The translations under genes and the position numbers were made by a program. A stretch of DNA of 64,000 nucleotides from the NCBI GenBank assembly GCA_022711115.1, contig JAKLFP010000005.1, positions 136,572 through 200,571 on the forward strand, given 5' to 3'. The notes under the pieces were generated by a model. The model was not told where the DNA came from and did no database searches. It saw only the letters and a program-made list of their open reading frames with translations. Of the stretch, positions 30,909 to 39,951 are shown in pieces (the stretch's first letter is position 1; every line of letters starts with the position of its first letter). Source of the DNA: Candidatus Omnitrophota bacterium (GTDB lineage Bacteria > Omnitrophota > Omnitrophia > Omnitrophales > Aquincolibacteriaceae).

Positions 30909-30990
30909 GCGAGCGTGGTGAAATTGGCAGACACACCAGCTTGAGGGGCTGGCGCCGCAAGGCATGGAGGTTCAAGTCCTCTCGCTCGCA
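30909..30990 (+). tRNA. tRNA-Leu (anticodon GAG), long variable arm
   Basis: I folded the cloverleaf manually. The 7-bp acceptor stem pairs GCGAGCG with CGCTCGC. It has a 3-bp D-stem with a GG D-loop, an anticodon loop uuGAGgg, a variable arm of about 13 nt with a 3-bp stem, a T-arm GGAGG-TTCAAGT-CCTCT and discriminator A. CCA is not encoded. Confidence 0.85.
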
Positions 30991-31071
30991 CTTGTTTTTT
31001 GTTAAAACAAGTACGTCATCGTGGCGGCATGAGGATGGCCGTTTGCGATGAATGCACTTGAGAGGACTTGA
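30974..31071. repeat. Copy 1 of a ~100-bp direct repeat, overlapping the tRNA-Leu T-arm and acceptor 3' end
   Basis: The AAGTCCTCTC end is reverse-complementary to the distal GAGAGGACTT end. An internal hairpin pairs CTTGTTTT with AAAACAAG. The unit is repeated at 31149-31248. Confidence 0.7.
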
Positions 31072-31148
31072 AGGGAGCACTTGATAAAAACATGACGGAT
31101 GTCATGTTTTTAAGTGCGGGTGGCCGACCGAAGCGAAGCGGAGGCGCC

Positions 31149-31248
31149 AAGTCCTCTCGTTCGCACTTGTTTTTTTGTTAAAACAAGTACGTCATCGTGG
31201 CGGCATGAGGATGGCCGTCTACGATGAACGCACTTGAGAGGACTTGAA
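31149..31248. repeat. Copy 2 of the ~100-bp direct repeat, including a degenerate second copy of the tRNA 3' end
   Basis: It is about 95% identical to copy 1 and is preceded by GAGGCGCC, which mimics the tRNA T-stem. Confidence 0.7.
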
Positions 31249-31355
31249 AAGGCCTCGGCGAAGCCGTCCTGATTTCGGAAAAATAAAAAAATCAGGGCTT
31301 GCTCGCACCATTTTCTAATTTTGCAACCCAAGACCTCAAAGGAATTTCACAAACT

Positions 31356-32723
31356 ATGATCCCATCCCATATTTTTAGAGAATACGATATTCGTGGTATT
31401 GCCGGTAAAGAACTGACCGAAGAGGTCGCGGTAGCGATTGGAAGGGCGTTTGGCACGGTTTTGGCGCGCGAAGGCAAAAAGACGATTGCGATTGCTCATG
31501 ACCACCGATGGAGTTGGGAATTTCTTTTTCGCGGTCTCACAAGCGGCCTTCAAAGTTGCGGGCTTACCGTTATCGATATTGGTCTGGCACCCACACCGCT
31601 TCTTTATTTCTATGTCACAAACAATAAAGTGGATGCCGGTATTTCGGTGACAGGTTCGCATAACCCCCCGGATGAAAACGGATTCAAGTTCCAGCACGCA
31701 TCCCGTTCTTTTTACGGAAAAGATATTCAAGGTCTCAAACAACTTATCGATGCGAACGATTTCGTGAGCGGTCAAGGGAAGATTGAACATCCAGACCACA
31801 AGAGTGTTCTCAAATCCTATGAGGATTTTATCGTAAGCGGTTTCAAATTCACTAAAAAGCTCAAGGTTGTTTTGGATACGGGACACGGGATGGGCGGACT
31901 TACCGCGCCAGAGCTTCTCCGGCGCTTCGGGCATGATGTGACCGTGCTTTTTGAGAATCTGGATTCCAAGATGCCGGACCATCAGGCCGATCCTTCGGTT
32001 CCCGCTAATTTAAAAGACCTTCAGAAAAAAGTTCTGGAATTAAAAGCTGACATCGGAATCGCCTTTGACGGAGATGCGGACCGCATCGGCGTTGTGGATG
32101 AAAAAGGCCAAATTATTTTCGGCGACAAACTGTTGCTTCTTTACGCTCGAGAAATTCTGACGCGAAAACCCGGCTCGATCATCATCGGCGATGTGAAAAG
32201 TTCCAAGCAGATCTATGATGATATTGCCAAGCGCGGCGGCAAGCCTCTTATGTGGAAAACAGGGCATTCGTTAATTAAGGCGAAGATGAAGGAAACGCAT
32301 GCGGAACTGGCCGGAGAAATGAGTGGGCATATGTTCTTCAAAGACCGCTGGCTCGGTTTTGATGACGCCGTCTACGCGGCATGCCGGATCCTTGAGATAG
32401 CGGACAAGGCAAACGCGCCGTTCTCGTCACTCTTAGCCGATGTGCCCCAGTTGATTTCCACGCCGGAGATTCGTTTTGATGTGTCCGAGGCGATCAAGTT
32501 CAAGGTGGTGGCGCAAGCGGTTGCGGATCTTAAGAAAAAATATGAAGTGGTGGATATTGATGGAGCGCGGGTCCAATTTCCGGACGGATGGGGACTTGTG
32601 CGTGCTTCGAACACCCAGCCTGTGCTTGTGATGCGCTTTGAAGCCCAAACGCAGAAGCGTTTGGATGAGATCCGTGCGATCGTGGAGAATGAAGTCAAGA
32701 CCGCGATCAGCGGGATGAGCTAA
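31356..32723 (+). CDS. manB: Phosphomannomutase/phosphoglucomutase
   Basis: The active-site Ser is in TGSHNPP. A divalent metal motif GIAFDGDADR and a C-terminal sugar-binding domain are present. The start at 31356 (MIPSHIFREYDIRG) is preferred over 31299. Confidence 0.85.
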   Translation: MIPSHIFREYDIRGIAGKELTEEVAVAIGRAFGTVLAREGKKTIAIAHDHRWSWEFLFRGLTSGLQSCGLTVIDIGLAPTPLLYFYVTNNKVDAGISVTGSHNPPDENGFKFQHASRSFYGKDIQGLKQLIDANDFVSGQGKIEHPDHKSVLKSYEDFIVSGFKFTKKLKVVLDTGHGMGGLTAPELLRRFGHDVTVLFENLDSKMPDHQADPSVPANLKDLQKKVLELKADIGIAFDGDADRIGVVDEKGQIIFGDKLLLLYAREILTRKPGSIIIGDVKSSKQIYDDIAKRGGKPLMWKTGHSLIKAKMKETHAELAGEMSGHMFFKDRWLGFDDAVYAACRILEIADKANAPFSSLLADVPQLISTPEIRFDVSEAIKFKVVAQAVADLKKKYEVVDIDGARVQFPDGWGLVRASNTQPVLVMRFEAQTQKRLDEIRAIVENEVKTAISGMS

Positions 32724-32802
32724 TGCCCTGGGTGGTCCCAATACCCATGAATCGCCGTAAAACAAAGATGGGAGCCTTCCAGACGACGACGAAGGAAAAA
32801 AA

Positions 32803-33870
32803 ATGAAAGCTTGGGCAGTGATTATGGCGGGCGGAAGCGGTACACGCTTCTGGCCGGAAAGCCGTAAAAATTTCGCAAAGCAATACCTCAGTCTCTTTGG
32901 CCGTAAAACACTCCTGGAACAGACCTTTCAGCGAATTATCCGGACCGTTCCTGCCTCCAGAGTCATTGTTTTTACATCCCAGGCAAAGGCAAATTATGCC
33001 GCGAAACTCCTCGGTATTCCGTGTTCCCAGGTCATCGGGGAGCCTGTCGGACGCAATACAGCGCCTTGTGCGGTATGGGCTGCTTCGCTTATTCTTAAAA
33101 AAGATCCCTCGGCGGTCATCGGAATCTTTCCATCGGATCATTACATAAAGGATAAAAAGGCTTTCACGAAGGCGTTGCGGGTTGGCTACACACAAGCGGA
33201 TCAGACAGGTATGCCTGTGACGCTTGGCATCAAACCGGGATATCCCCATACGGGTTATGGCTATCTCAAAATGGGACAAAAAAAAGTTTTGTGTCAGGGT
33301 GTGCCGGTTTTTCATCTTCAACAGTTCTGCGAAAAGCCGAAGTTGTCTCTCGCGAAGAAGTATGTCCGGTCCGGAAAATATTTATGGAATGCCGGCATCT
33401 TCATCTGGCGTGCAGACTGCTTGTTGGAGACCGCGCGGCGTTATTTGCCCGCCGTCTTTAATCCTGTCGTCAAGATAGCCTCAGGGGATGTGCCAGCCAG
33501 CCGGATCAAAAACGTTTTTCAAAAAGTACCCGCGATTTCGATCGACTATGGGTTGATGGAAAAACTTTCCGGCCAGATATTGACCATCCCGGTCTCCATG
33601 GGCTGGAACGATGCGGGAAATTGGGCAATGCTCACGAAGCTTCTTCCCATGGATCCTCAGGGAAATGTTTCACTTGGAAAAACGGTTCTGGTCGAAAGTT
33701 CCGGGAATGTCATCAAAAGCAAAGACCGCCTGATTACAGCCATAGGTCTTAAAGATCATGTGGTTGTTGATGCCGGAGATGCGATTCTGGTGTGTCCGAT
33801 GCATGAAACGGAATCGATCCGTAAGATCGTGGCCGAACTCGAAAAACGAAAGTTAAATCATTTTTTATAA
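32803..33870 (+). CDS. manC: Mannose-1-phosphate guanylyltransferase
   Basis: The N-terminal nucleotidyltransferase motif MAGGSGTRFWPESR is present. At 355 aa it has no C-terminal isomerase domain. Confidence 0.85.
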   Translation: MKAWAVIMAGGSGTRFWPESRKNFAKQYLSLFGRKTLLEQTFQRIIRTVPASRVIVFTSQAKANYAAKLLGIPCSQVIGEPVGRNTAPCAVWAASLILKKDPSAVIGIFPSDHYIKDKKAFTKALRVGYTQADQTGMPVTLGIKPGYPHTGYGYLKMGQKKVLCQGVPVFHLQQFCEKPKLSLAKKYVRSGKYLWNAGIFIWRADCLLETARRYLPAVFNPVVKIASGDVPASRIKNVFQKVPAISIDYGLMEKLSGQILTIPVSMGWNDAGNWAMLTKLLPMDPQGNVSLGKTVLVESSGNVIKSKDRLITAIGLKDHVVVDAGDAILVCPMHETESIRKIVAELEKRKLNHFL

Positions 33871-33901
33871 ATCTTTCACATTCACAAAGGGAGGGCTTTT
33901 T

Positions 33902-34126
33902 ATGAAATTTTCTTGCCAGGCTTTAGCGTTGGTATTTTTAGCATTGTCGTTCTCGGGGTGTTCGACATGCCATTGCAAGGATCGCGCAGCCGTTGCTCCG
34001 GCGCTTGTTGAAACAAAAGCTGTTGCATTGCCGGCGGTGCCCGTAAAAACAGAAGCGGTTGTGGTAAGGCCGGCAGAAGCGCCTGTGGCTGAAGCTGAAA
34101 AAATTCCGTCTGCTGTTTTAAAATAG
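33902..34126 (+). CDS. Small Ala/Val/Pro-rich lipoprotein
   Basis: A signal peptide with lipobox LSFSGC is present, and the mature region is low-complexity. Confidence 0.5.
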   Translation: MKFSCQALALVFLALSFSGCSTCHCKDRAAVAPALVETKAVALPAVPVKTEAVVVRPAEAPVAEAEKIPSAVLK

Positions 34127-34149
34127 TTTGAAATTTTAAGGAGAATAAA

Positions 34150-34980
34150 ATGAGTCTGCTTCAAGCAACTGTGCTCGGTTTTGTTCAGGGCGTTACGGAG
34201 TTTTTGCCTGTTTCCAGTTCAGGCCATTTGGTTCTTTTCCAGACGCTTTTCAAGATGAAAGAGCCGATGATCGCATTCGATGTGGCGCTTCATGCGGCAA
34301 CGCTTCTGGTGGTTGTGGTTTATTTCTGGAAGGACGTTGCGGAGGTCGTGTCGGATTTTTGGAACAGTATGACCGGCTTGATCTCAAGAAAAAGTGTTGA
34401 AACGTCCGGGATTCAGGCCCCGCATAAGGGACTTTGGATTTGCATTCTGATTACCATGATCCCGACCGGAATCATGGCAGTGCTCTTTAAAGACTTTTTT
34501 GAAAAAGCGTTCTCAAATTTATTTTTTGTCGTTTGCGCATGGCTCGTCATGGGGATCCTTCTGATCCTTAGCCGGCGGTTTCAAAAAGGCCAAAAGGATT
34601 TGTCCGTGATTCATTATGGCGATGCGTTCTGGATCGGTCTGGTGCAGGGAGTCGCGCTTATGCCGGGCATCTCAAGGTCAGGAAGCACGATCCTGGTCGG
34701 GTTGCTTTTAGGCCTTCGGAAAGAAACAGCCGCTAAATTTTCTTTTCTGATGTCCATTCCCGCGGTCCTAGCCGCCTGTGTGCTCGAACTGCGCCACGGA
34801 GCCGGTTTTTTTCTGGAGTATCCTGCCGCGTCTTTTGCGGGTTTTGCGGCCGCGGTTATTTCCGGTTATTTTGTCATCCGGTGGCTGATGTCACTGATCC
34901 AAAAAGGCCGCTTCTATCTTTTTGGTTTTTATTGTATTGCCGTGGGTCTTTTTTCGCTTGTGATGGTTGTGTTTTCATAA
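34150..34980 (+). CDS. uppP: Undecaprenyl-diphosphate phosphatase
   Basis: The TEFLPVSSSGHL and PGISRSGSTI BacA motifs are present and the protein is polytopic. Confidence 0.9.
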   Translation: MSLLQATVLGFVQGVTEFLPVSSSGHLVLFQTLFKMKEPMIAFDVALHAATLLVVVVYFWKDVAEVVSDFWNSMTGLISRKSVETSGIQAPHKGLWICILITMIPTGIMAVLFKDFFEKAFSNLFFVVCAWLVMGILLILSRRFQKGQKDLSVIHYGDAFWIGLVQGVALMPGISRSGSTILVGLLLGLRKETAAKFSFLMSIPAVLAACVLELRHGAGFFLEYPAASFAGFAAAVISGYFVIRWLMSLIQKGRFYLFGFYCIAVGLFSLVMVVFS

Positions 34981-34984
34981 AAGT

Positions 34985-36163
34985 ATGAAAACCGTCCGCT
35001 GTATCCTCAAACAAAGCAAGGAAAAGCCTGTCTGGAACCGTCATCCCTGGATTTTTTCGGGTGCGGTGGATCAGATTGAGGAAGGTTATGAAACCGGTGA
35101 CCTTGCGCGTGTTTTTTCTGCCAAGGAAGAATTTCTCGGTATCGGATACCTCAACCCCGAATCGCAGATCGTCATCCGAATGCTCGCGTTTGAAGATATT
35201 TCGATTGATGAGCATTTTTTCAATCAAAAAATAATTGATGCGATTGAACTCCGAAAGGCATTTTTATCGCCGGAGACGAATGCCTACCGCCTGATTCATG
35301 CCGAAGGGGATTTTTTGCCGGGTCTCATTGCGGATGTTTACGGAGATTTTCTTGTCGTGGAATTCAACACGGCTGGGATCGACGTATGGAAGCCGGAGGT
35401 CGTGAGATGCCTTCAAAAACATTTTCCTTCGCATTCGATTTATGAAAGAAGCGACTCGGACCTCCGTAAGCGGGAAGGCCTCAACCGTTCGGTGGGCGTT
35501 CTTGTGGGGCATGAACCGGCACCTATCATCGAAATCAGAGAAAACGGAATGACGTTTGGCGCGGATATCCAGGGCGGTCAAAAGACGGGATTTTTTTTAG
35601 ATCAGCGCGAAAACAGGTCAACGGTCCGTGATTTGAGCGGCGGCAAGAAAGTCTTGAATTGTTTCGCTTATACGGGCGGGTTTTCGGTGTGCGCGGTCAA
35701 AGGGGGTGCTAAAGAAGTCGTTTCCGTGGAATCTTCGGAATCCGCGGTAATGCTGGGTAGAAAAAATGATGAGCGGAATCAGATCCCTGCGGCCGTCCAC
35801 ACCTGGGAGCAACAGGATGTTTTTGATTATTTGCGTGCGGCTAATCGGGAATTTGACCTGATCATTCTGGACCCGCCGGCTTTCTGTAAGAATAAACAGC
35901 AGATTCAACAAGCCGCACGTGGTTATAAAGATATCAACCTGCAAGCTTTAAAACATATTCCAAGAGGTGGGTTGCTTTTCACATTTTCATGTTCTTCGTA
36001 TATCACGCCTGATCTTTTTCAGAAAATTGTTTTTGGAGCAGCTGCTGATGCCAAAAGGAATGTTCGGATTCTCAAAAAAACTTCCCACGCATTCGACCAT
36101 CCGATTAACATCTTTCACCCGGAAGGCGAATACCTCAAAGGTCTGCTTTGTGAGGTTATTTGA
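34985..36163 (+). CDS. rlmI: 23S rRNA (cytosine-C5) methyltransferase RlmI-like (PUA plus class I SAM-dependent methyltransferase)
   Basis: An N-terminal PUA-like region is followed by FAYTGGFSV and DPPAF SAM motifs. It is 393 aa from ATG 34985. Confidence 0.8.
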   Translation: MKTVRCILKQSKEKPVWNRHPWIFSGAVDQIEEGYETGDLARVFSAKEEFLGIGYLNPESQIVIRMLAFEDISIDEHFFNQKIIDAIELRKAFLSPETNAYRLIHAEGDFLPGLIADVYGDFLVVEFNTAGIDVWKPEVVRCLQKHFPSHSIYERSDSDLRKREGLNRSVGVLVGHEPAPIIEIRENGMTFGADIQGGQKTGFFLDQRENRSTVRDLSGGKKVLNCFAYTGGFSVCAVKGGAKEVVSVESSESAVMLGRKNDERNQIPAAVHTWEQQDVFDYLRAANREFDLIILDPPAFCKNKQQIQQAARGYKDINLQALKHIPRGGLLFTFSCSSYITPDLFQKIVFGAAADAKRNVRILKKTSHAFDHPINIFHPEGEYLKGLLCEVI

Positions 36164-36250
36164 TGAAAGCGATTCAACGGGTGTAGAATTCATGTTTGTT
36201 GGGTCGATGATAAAGAGCAAGGGAACCAATCAAGTAAGGAGCGGGAACAG

Positions 36251-38830
36251 ATGATGGTCAGTACCGGAGTCAAAGGTCTTGATAAGGTAATCACTGGGTT
36301 GCAATTGGGAGATAATGTTGTTTGGCAGATGGACGCCCCGGAACAATATAAGGATTTTGTCGATCCTTTTGTCAAGAAGGCGTTGGAAGAAAAAAGAAGG
36401 CTTGTCTATATCCGTTTCGCTAACCACGAGCCCCTTTTGAAGGAAGGAAAGGACATCACGGTCTATCGACTGGACCCTCATGTGGGCTTCGAGCCTTTTT
36501 CCGCGCAGATCAATCATATCGCCAAAAAAGAAGGGGAAGGGGTCTTCTATGTTTTTGACTGTCTGTCGGACCTGCTCTCTGCCTGGTCAAATGACCTGAT
36601 GATCGGTAATTTTTTTAAAATCACCTGTCCGTATCTTTTTGAACTTAATACGATCGCTTATTTTGGCCTCTTGCGCAGCCGTCACTCTTTTAAAACAGTG
36701 GCGCGTATTCGCGACACCACCCAACTGCTCATCGATCTGTATGATCACGACGGGGAATGTTACATCCATCTCCTGAAGGTCTGGAATCGTTACTCCCCGA
36801 CCATGTTCCTGCCGCATGTCAAAGTCAAGGATCGCTTCGTTCCGATTGCCAACAGCGCGGACACCGCAAAACTTTTCTCCCATCTGTTCAAGAAAGGGGC
36901 CAAATCCGTTAAAAGGAATTTTGATTATTGGGACATGCTTTTTTTTAAAGCGGAGGATCTCGATGCGAATAAAAAGGCTTCGCATGCGGAAAAAAGCCAG
37001 ATGCTGGACCAGCTTTGCAGGATTATTATTGTCCGGGATGAAAAGATCCAAAAGCTGGCGAAAGAAAATCTCACGCTGAAGGATTTTTTAGGCATCAAGG
37101 CAAGGATGATCGGAACGGGGTTTATCGGCGGGAAAACGGTGGGAATGTTGCTTGCGCGGAATATTCTGTTAAAAGAGAAGTCTCTGAAGGCGGAAAGATT
37201 TTTTGAGCCTCATGATTCTTTTTACGTCGGCGCGGATGTTTTTTACACTTATATTGTTGAGAACGGTTTGTGGAAAGAACATATGGCCCAAAGAACCAAA
37301 GAGGGTTATTTCGAGACGGCTCAAACGCTTCGGGGAAAATTGCTGGCCGGTATTTTCCCGGAGGAGATCAAGGAACAATTCCAGGAAATGATCGAATATT
37401 TTGGGCAGTCGCCGATCATTGTCCGTTCCAGCAGTTTGTTGGAGGATAGCTACGGCAATGCCTTTGCGGGAAAATACGAAAGTGTTTTTTTGGTCAACCA
37501 GGGAACTCCGGACGAACGGTATGCCAAATTTGTGGAAGCTGTCCGCCACATTTATGCCTCGACCATGAGTGAAGATGCCTTGGCCTACAGGTTACAGCGC
37601 GGGCTTGATCAATTGGACGAACAAATGGCGCTTCTCGTTCAAAGGGTCTCCGGATCCTATCATAAAGATTATTTTTTTCCGGACATGGCCGGTGTTGGCA
37701 TTTCCAAAAATGTTTTTGTCTGGAAAAACGGACTGGATTCCGATGCGGGGATGTTACGGTTGGTGCTTGGACTCGGAACCCGTGCTGTTAACAGGGTCGA
37801 AGGGGATTATCCCAGGATCGTGGCCCTGGATGAACCTTTATTGAAGGCTTATGCGGGCATGGCGGCGGAGCACAGGTTTTCCCAGCATGATGTGGATGTG
37901 CTGGATGTCAAAGAGAATGCTCTGCGGACAGTCTCTTTTCAAAAGCTTCTAAAGGAACAGGTCGATATGAGTTTAGAACTGGTCGCGATCAAAGATGAAG
38001 AGGTCGCCGAAAAGGCGGCGGCCATGGGCGCGGAAGAAGAATCCTGGATCATTAATTTTGACCCTCTTGTTTCCCAAACAAAATTCTGCGAGACCATGCA
38101 AAAGATTCTCAAGACACTGGAAAAGGCCTATGGATATCCTGTTGATATTGAATTCACAGTCAATTTTAAAAAAGGCAAAGAGTTCCAGGTAAATCTCCTC
38201 CAATGCCGGCCGATGCAGACCAAGGGTTTGGGACATCGCGTCAAAATCCCGGATGCGATCGCCAAGGAAAAAACGCTTTTCAAGTCAGAAGCGAATTTTC
38301 TCGGCGGGAATATTTCCCAGATTATTGACAGGATTATTTATGTGGATCCCAAGGGCTATTGCGGTCTGGATGCTCAGTCGGACCGTTATGAAATCGCGCG
38401 TGTGGTCGGGGAACTCAACCGGCAGATCGGCGGCCGGGAGAAGATGGCTGTCATGCTTTTAGGCCCGGGGAGATGGGGGACGACGACGCCGTCCTTGGGG
38501 GTTCCCGTGTCTTTTGCGGAAATCAATCACATTACAGTCCTCGGCGAGATTGCCTTTGTCACGGAAAATGCGGCTCCGGAGATTTCATTTGGGACGCACT
38601 TTTTCCAGGATCTCGTGGAGACGGGGATTTTTTATGTCGCCCTTTTCCCGGATAATCCCGGTGTTTATATTGACCAGAAATTCTTTGATGCGATCCCGAA
38701 AACCCTCCGGAAACTCGCGCCGCAATATAAAAAGTACGAGGACATCGTCAAGGTGTTCGATGTAAAGAAACAGGAGCTCAAGATTGCCGCGGACATTGTC
38801 TCCCAAAAACTAATCTGCTATTTTCAGTGA
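36251..38830 (+). CDS. PEP/pyruvate-binding (PPDK_N, ATP-grasp-type) domain protein with an N-terminal KaiC/RecA-like domain that lacks a Walker A motif
   Basis: The N-terminus STGVKGLDKVITGLQLGDNVV resembles KaiC but has no GxxxxGK[ST]. The central segment IVRSSSLLEDSYGNAFAGKYESV is the PPDK nucleotide-binding signature. No phospho-His swivel domain is recognisable. Confidence 0.65.
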   Translation: MMVSTGVKGLDKVITGLQLGDNVVWQMDAPEQYKDFVDPFVKKALEEKRRLVYIRFANHEPLLKEGKDITVYRLDPHVGFEPFSAQINHIAKKEGEGVFYVFDCLSDLLSAWSNDLMIGNFFKITCPYLFELNTIAYFGLLRSRHSFKTVARIRDTTQLLIDLYDHDGECYIHLLKVWNRYSPTMFLPHVKVKDRFVPIANSADTAKLFSHLFKKGAKSVKRNFDYWDMLFFKAEDLDANKKASHAEKSQMLDQLCRIIIVRDEKIQKLAKENLTLKDFLGIKARMIGTGFIGGKTVGMLLARNILLKEKSLKAERFFEPHDSFYVGADVFYTYIVENGLWKEHMAQRTKEGYFETAQTLRGKLLAGIFPEEIKEQFQEMIEYFGQSPIIVRSSSLLEDSYGNAFAGKYESVFLVNQGTPDERYAKFVEAVRHIYASTMSEDALAYRLQRGLDQLDEQMALLVQRVSGSYHKDYFFPDMAGVGISKNVFVWKNGLDSDAGMLRLVLGLGTRAVNRVEGDYPRIVALDEPLLKAYAGMAAEHRFSQHDVDVLDVKENALRTVSFQKLLKEQVDMSLELVAIKDEEVAEKAAAMGAEEESWIINFDPLVSQTKFCETMQKILKTLEKAYGYPVDIEFTVNFKKGKEFQVNLLQCRPMQTKGLGHRVKIPDAIAKEKTLFKSEANFLGGNISQIIDRIIYVDPKGYCGLDAQSDRYEIARVVGELNRQIGGREKMAVMLLGPGRWGTTTPSLGVPVSFAEINHITVLGEIAFVTENAAPEISFGTHFFQDLVETGIFYVALFPDNPGVYIDQKFFDAIPKTLRKLAPQYKKYEDIVKVFDVKKQELKIAADIVSQKLICYFQ

Positions 38831-38892
38831 AGTGTTTTTTCGGGTTAGTAAAATAGCAGAGCAAAACGGCTAGCTTTAAAGACAAGTACCCA

Positions 38893-39885
38893 TTAAGGTA
38901 AGAGGACGACTTTTAGAGATTGTTTCGCTTCGGCGACGAGGCGGAAGCCTTCCTGGACTTTTTCGAGAGGGAGTTTGTGGGTGATCAGATCCCTCACGGG
39001 GATTTTGCCTGAGCCGATCAATTTTATCGCTTCTTCCAAATCCTCGGGTGCTGCCCCATAAGAAGATGTCACCGTCATTTCATTGCGCCACACGTCCACG
39101 GTCGGGATCTGGATGTCCGTTTCTGGGATTGCAAAAAGCAAAAGAGTTCCTTTCCGGTCAAGCGACTGGAAGGCCTGTTTGACGGCCGGCATGGCACCGG
39201 TACATAAAATGGCACGATCTGCTTTAAGCGGTGGCAGTGCCGTAGGCTTATAGACTTCATCCGCCCCGCAATCTTTGGCAATTTTAAGACGGGCTTCATC
39301 CATATCTGTTGTAATCACTTTAGCGCCTCTTGATTTTGCGATCCGGATGTTCAACAAACCGGAAATGCCGCTTCCCAAAATTAAAACAAGCTGTCCTTTC
39401 TTGATACCGGTGACGCGTTGGCCACGAACAGCGCAGGCCAAAGGTTCGATCATGGTGCCTTCCTCATAAGACATTTTCTTTGGGAGGACATAAACACCGC
39501 GTTCGACATTGATTTTCGGGACCCGAATGAATTCACTATAGCCGCCCGGATCGAAATTACCGGTGTGCAGTGTTTCGCAGGCAGTGTGATTGCCATTTTT
39601 GCAGTGTTTGCATTGATAACACGGGACATGATGGCTGACGAAAACCCGCTGACCGATTTTATATTTCGGTGAATCCGATTGAACGATGTCGCCGCTTATT
39701 TCATGGCCAAGGATGCGCGGGGCTTTTTTGATGCGATACCATTCCATGACATCCGTGCCGCAGATCCCGCTCGCTTTGACTTTGACAAGGATCTCACCTT
39801 TGCCGATCGCAGGCACGGGCCGTTCTTCGAGACGGACATCATGGTTGCAGTAATAAACCGCAACGAGCATCGTTTTTGGGATCAT
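38893..39885 (-). CDS. Zn-dependent alcohol/polyol dehydrogenase (MDR family, sorbitol/threonine-DH-like)
   Basis: The catalytic-Zn motif GHEISG is present, along with the structural-Zn motif C-x2-C-x2-C-x7-C and the Rossmann motif GSGISG. Confidence 0.85.
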   Translation of the reverse strand: MIPKTMLVAVYYCNHDVRLEERPVPAIGKGEILVKVKASGICGTDVMEWYRIKKAPRILGHEISGDIVQSDSPKYKIGQRVFVSHHVPCYQCKHCKNGNHTACETLHTGNFDPGGYSEFIRVPKINVERGVYVLPKKMSYEEGTMIEPLACAVRGQRVTGIKKGQLVLILGSGISGLLNIRIAKSRGAKVITTDMDEARLKIAKDCGADEVYKPTALPPLKADRAILCTGAMPAVKQAFQSLDRKGTLLLFAIPETDIQIPTVDVWRNEMTVTSSYGAAPEDLEEAIKLIGSGKIPVRDLITHKLPLEKVQEGFRLVAEAKQSLKVVLLP

Positions 39886-39951
39886 ATTATTTTAAAATCC
39901 TAATTCATTCTGAGAACAGGCAGTTCATGAATGCCTGTCCCCTTTGAGAGT

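Noticed and set aside
30974-31248. Possible CRISPR array near the tRNA
   Set aside because: There are only two repeat copies. The repeat is about 100 bp long, the single spacer is not unique-spacer-like, and no cas genes are present.
30883-31331. Two minus-strand ORFs (65 and 73 aa) sharing PLKC[IV]HR[KR]RPSSCRHDDVLVLTK
   Set aside because: The shared peptide is simply the translation of the two copies of the ~100-bp DNA repeat next to tRNA-Leu. There is no RBS, and the ORFs overlap the tRNA.
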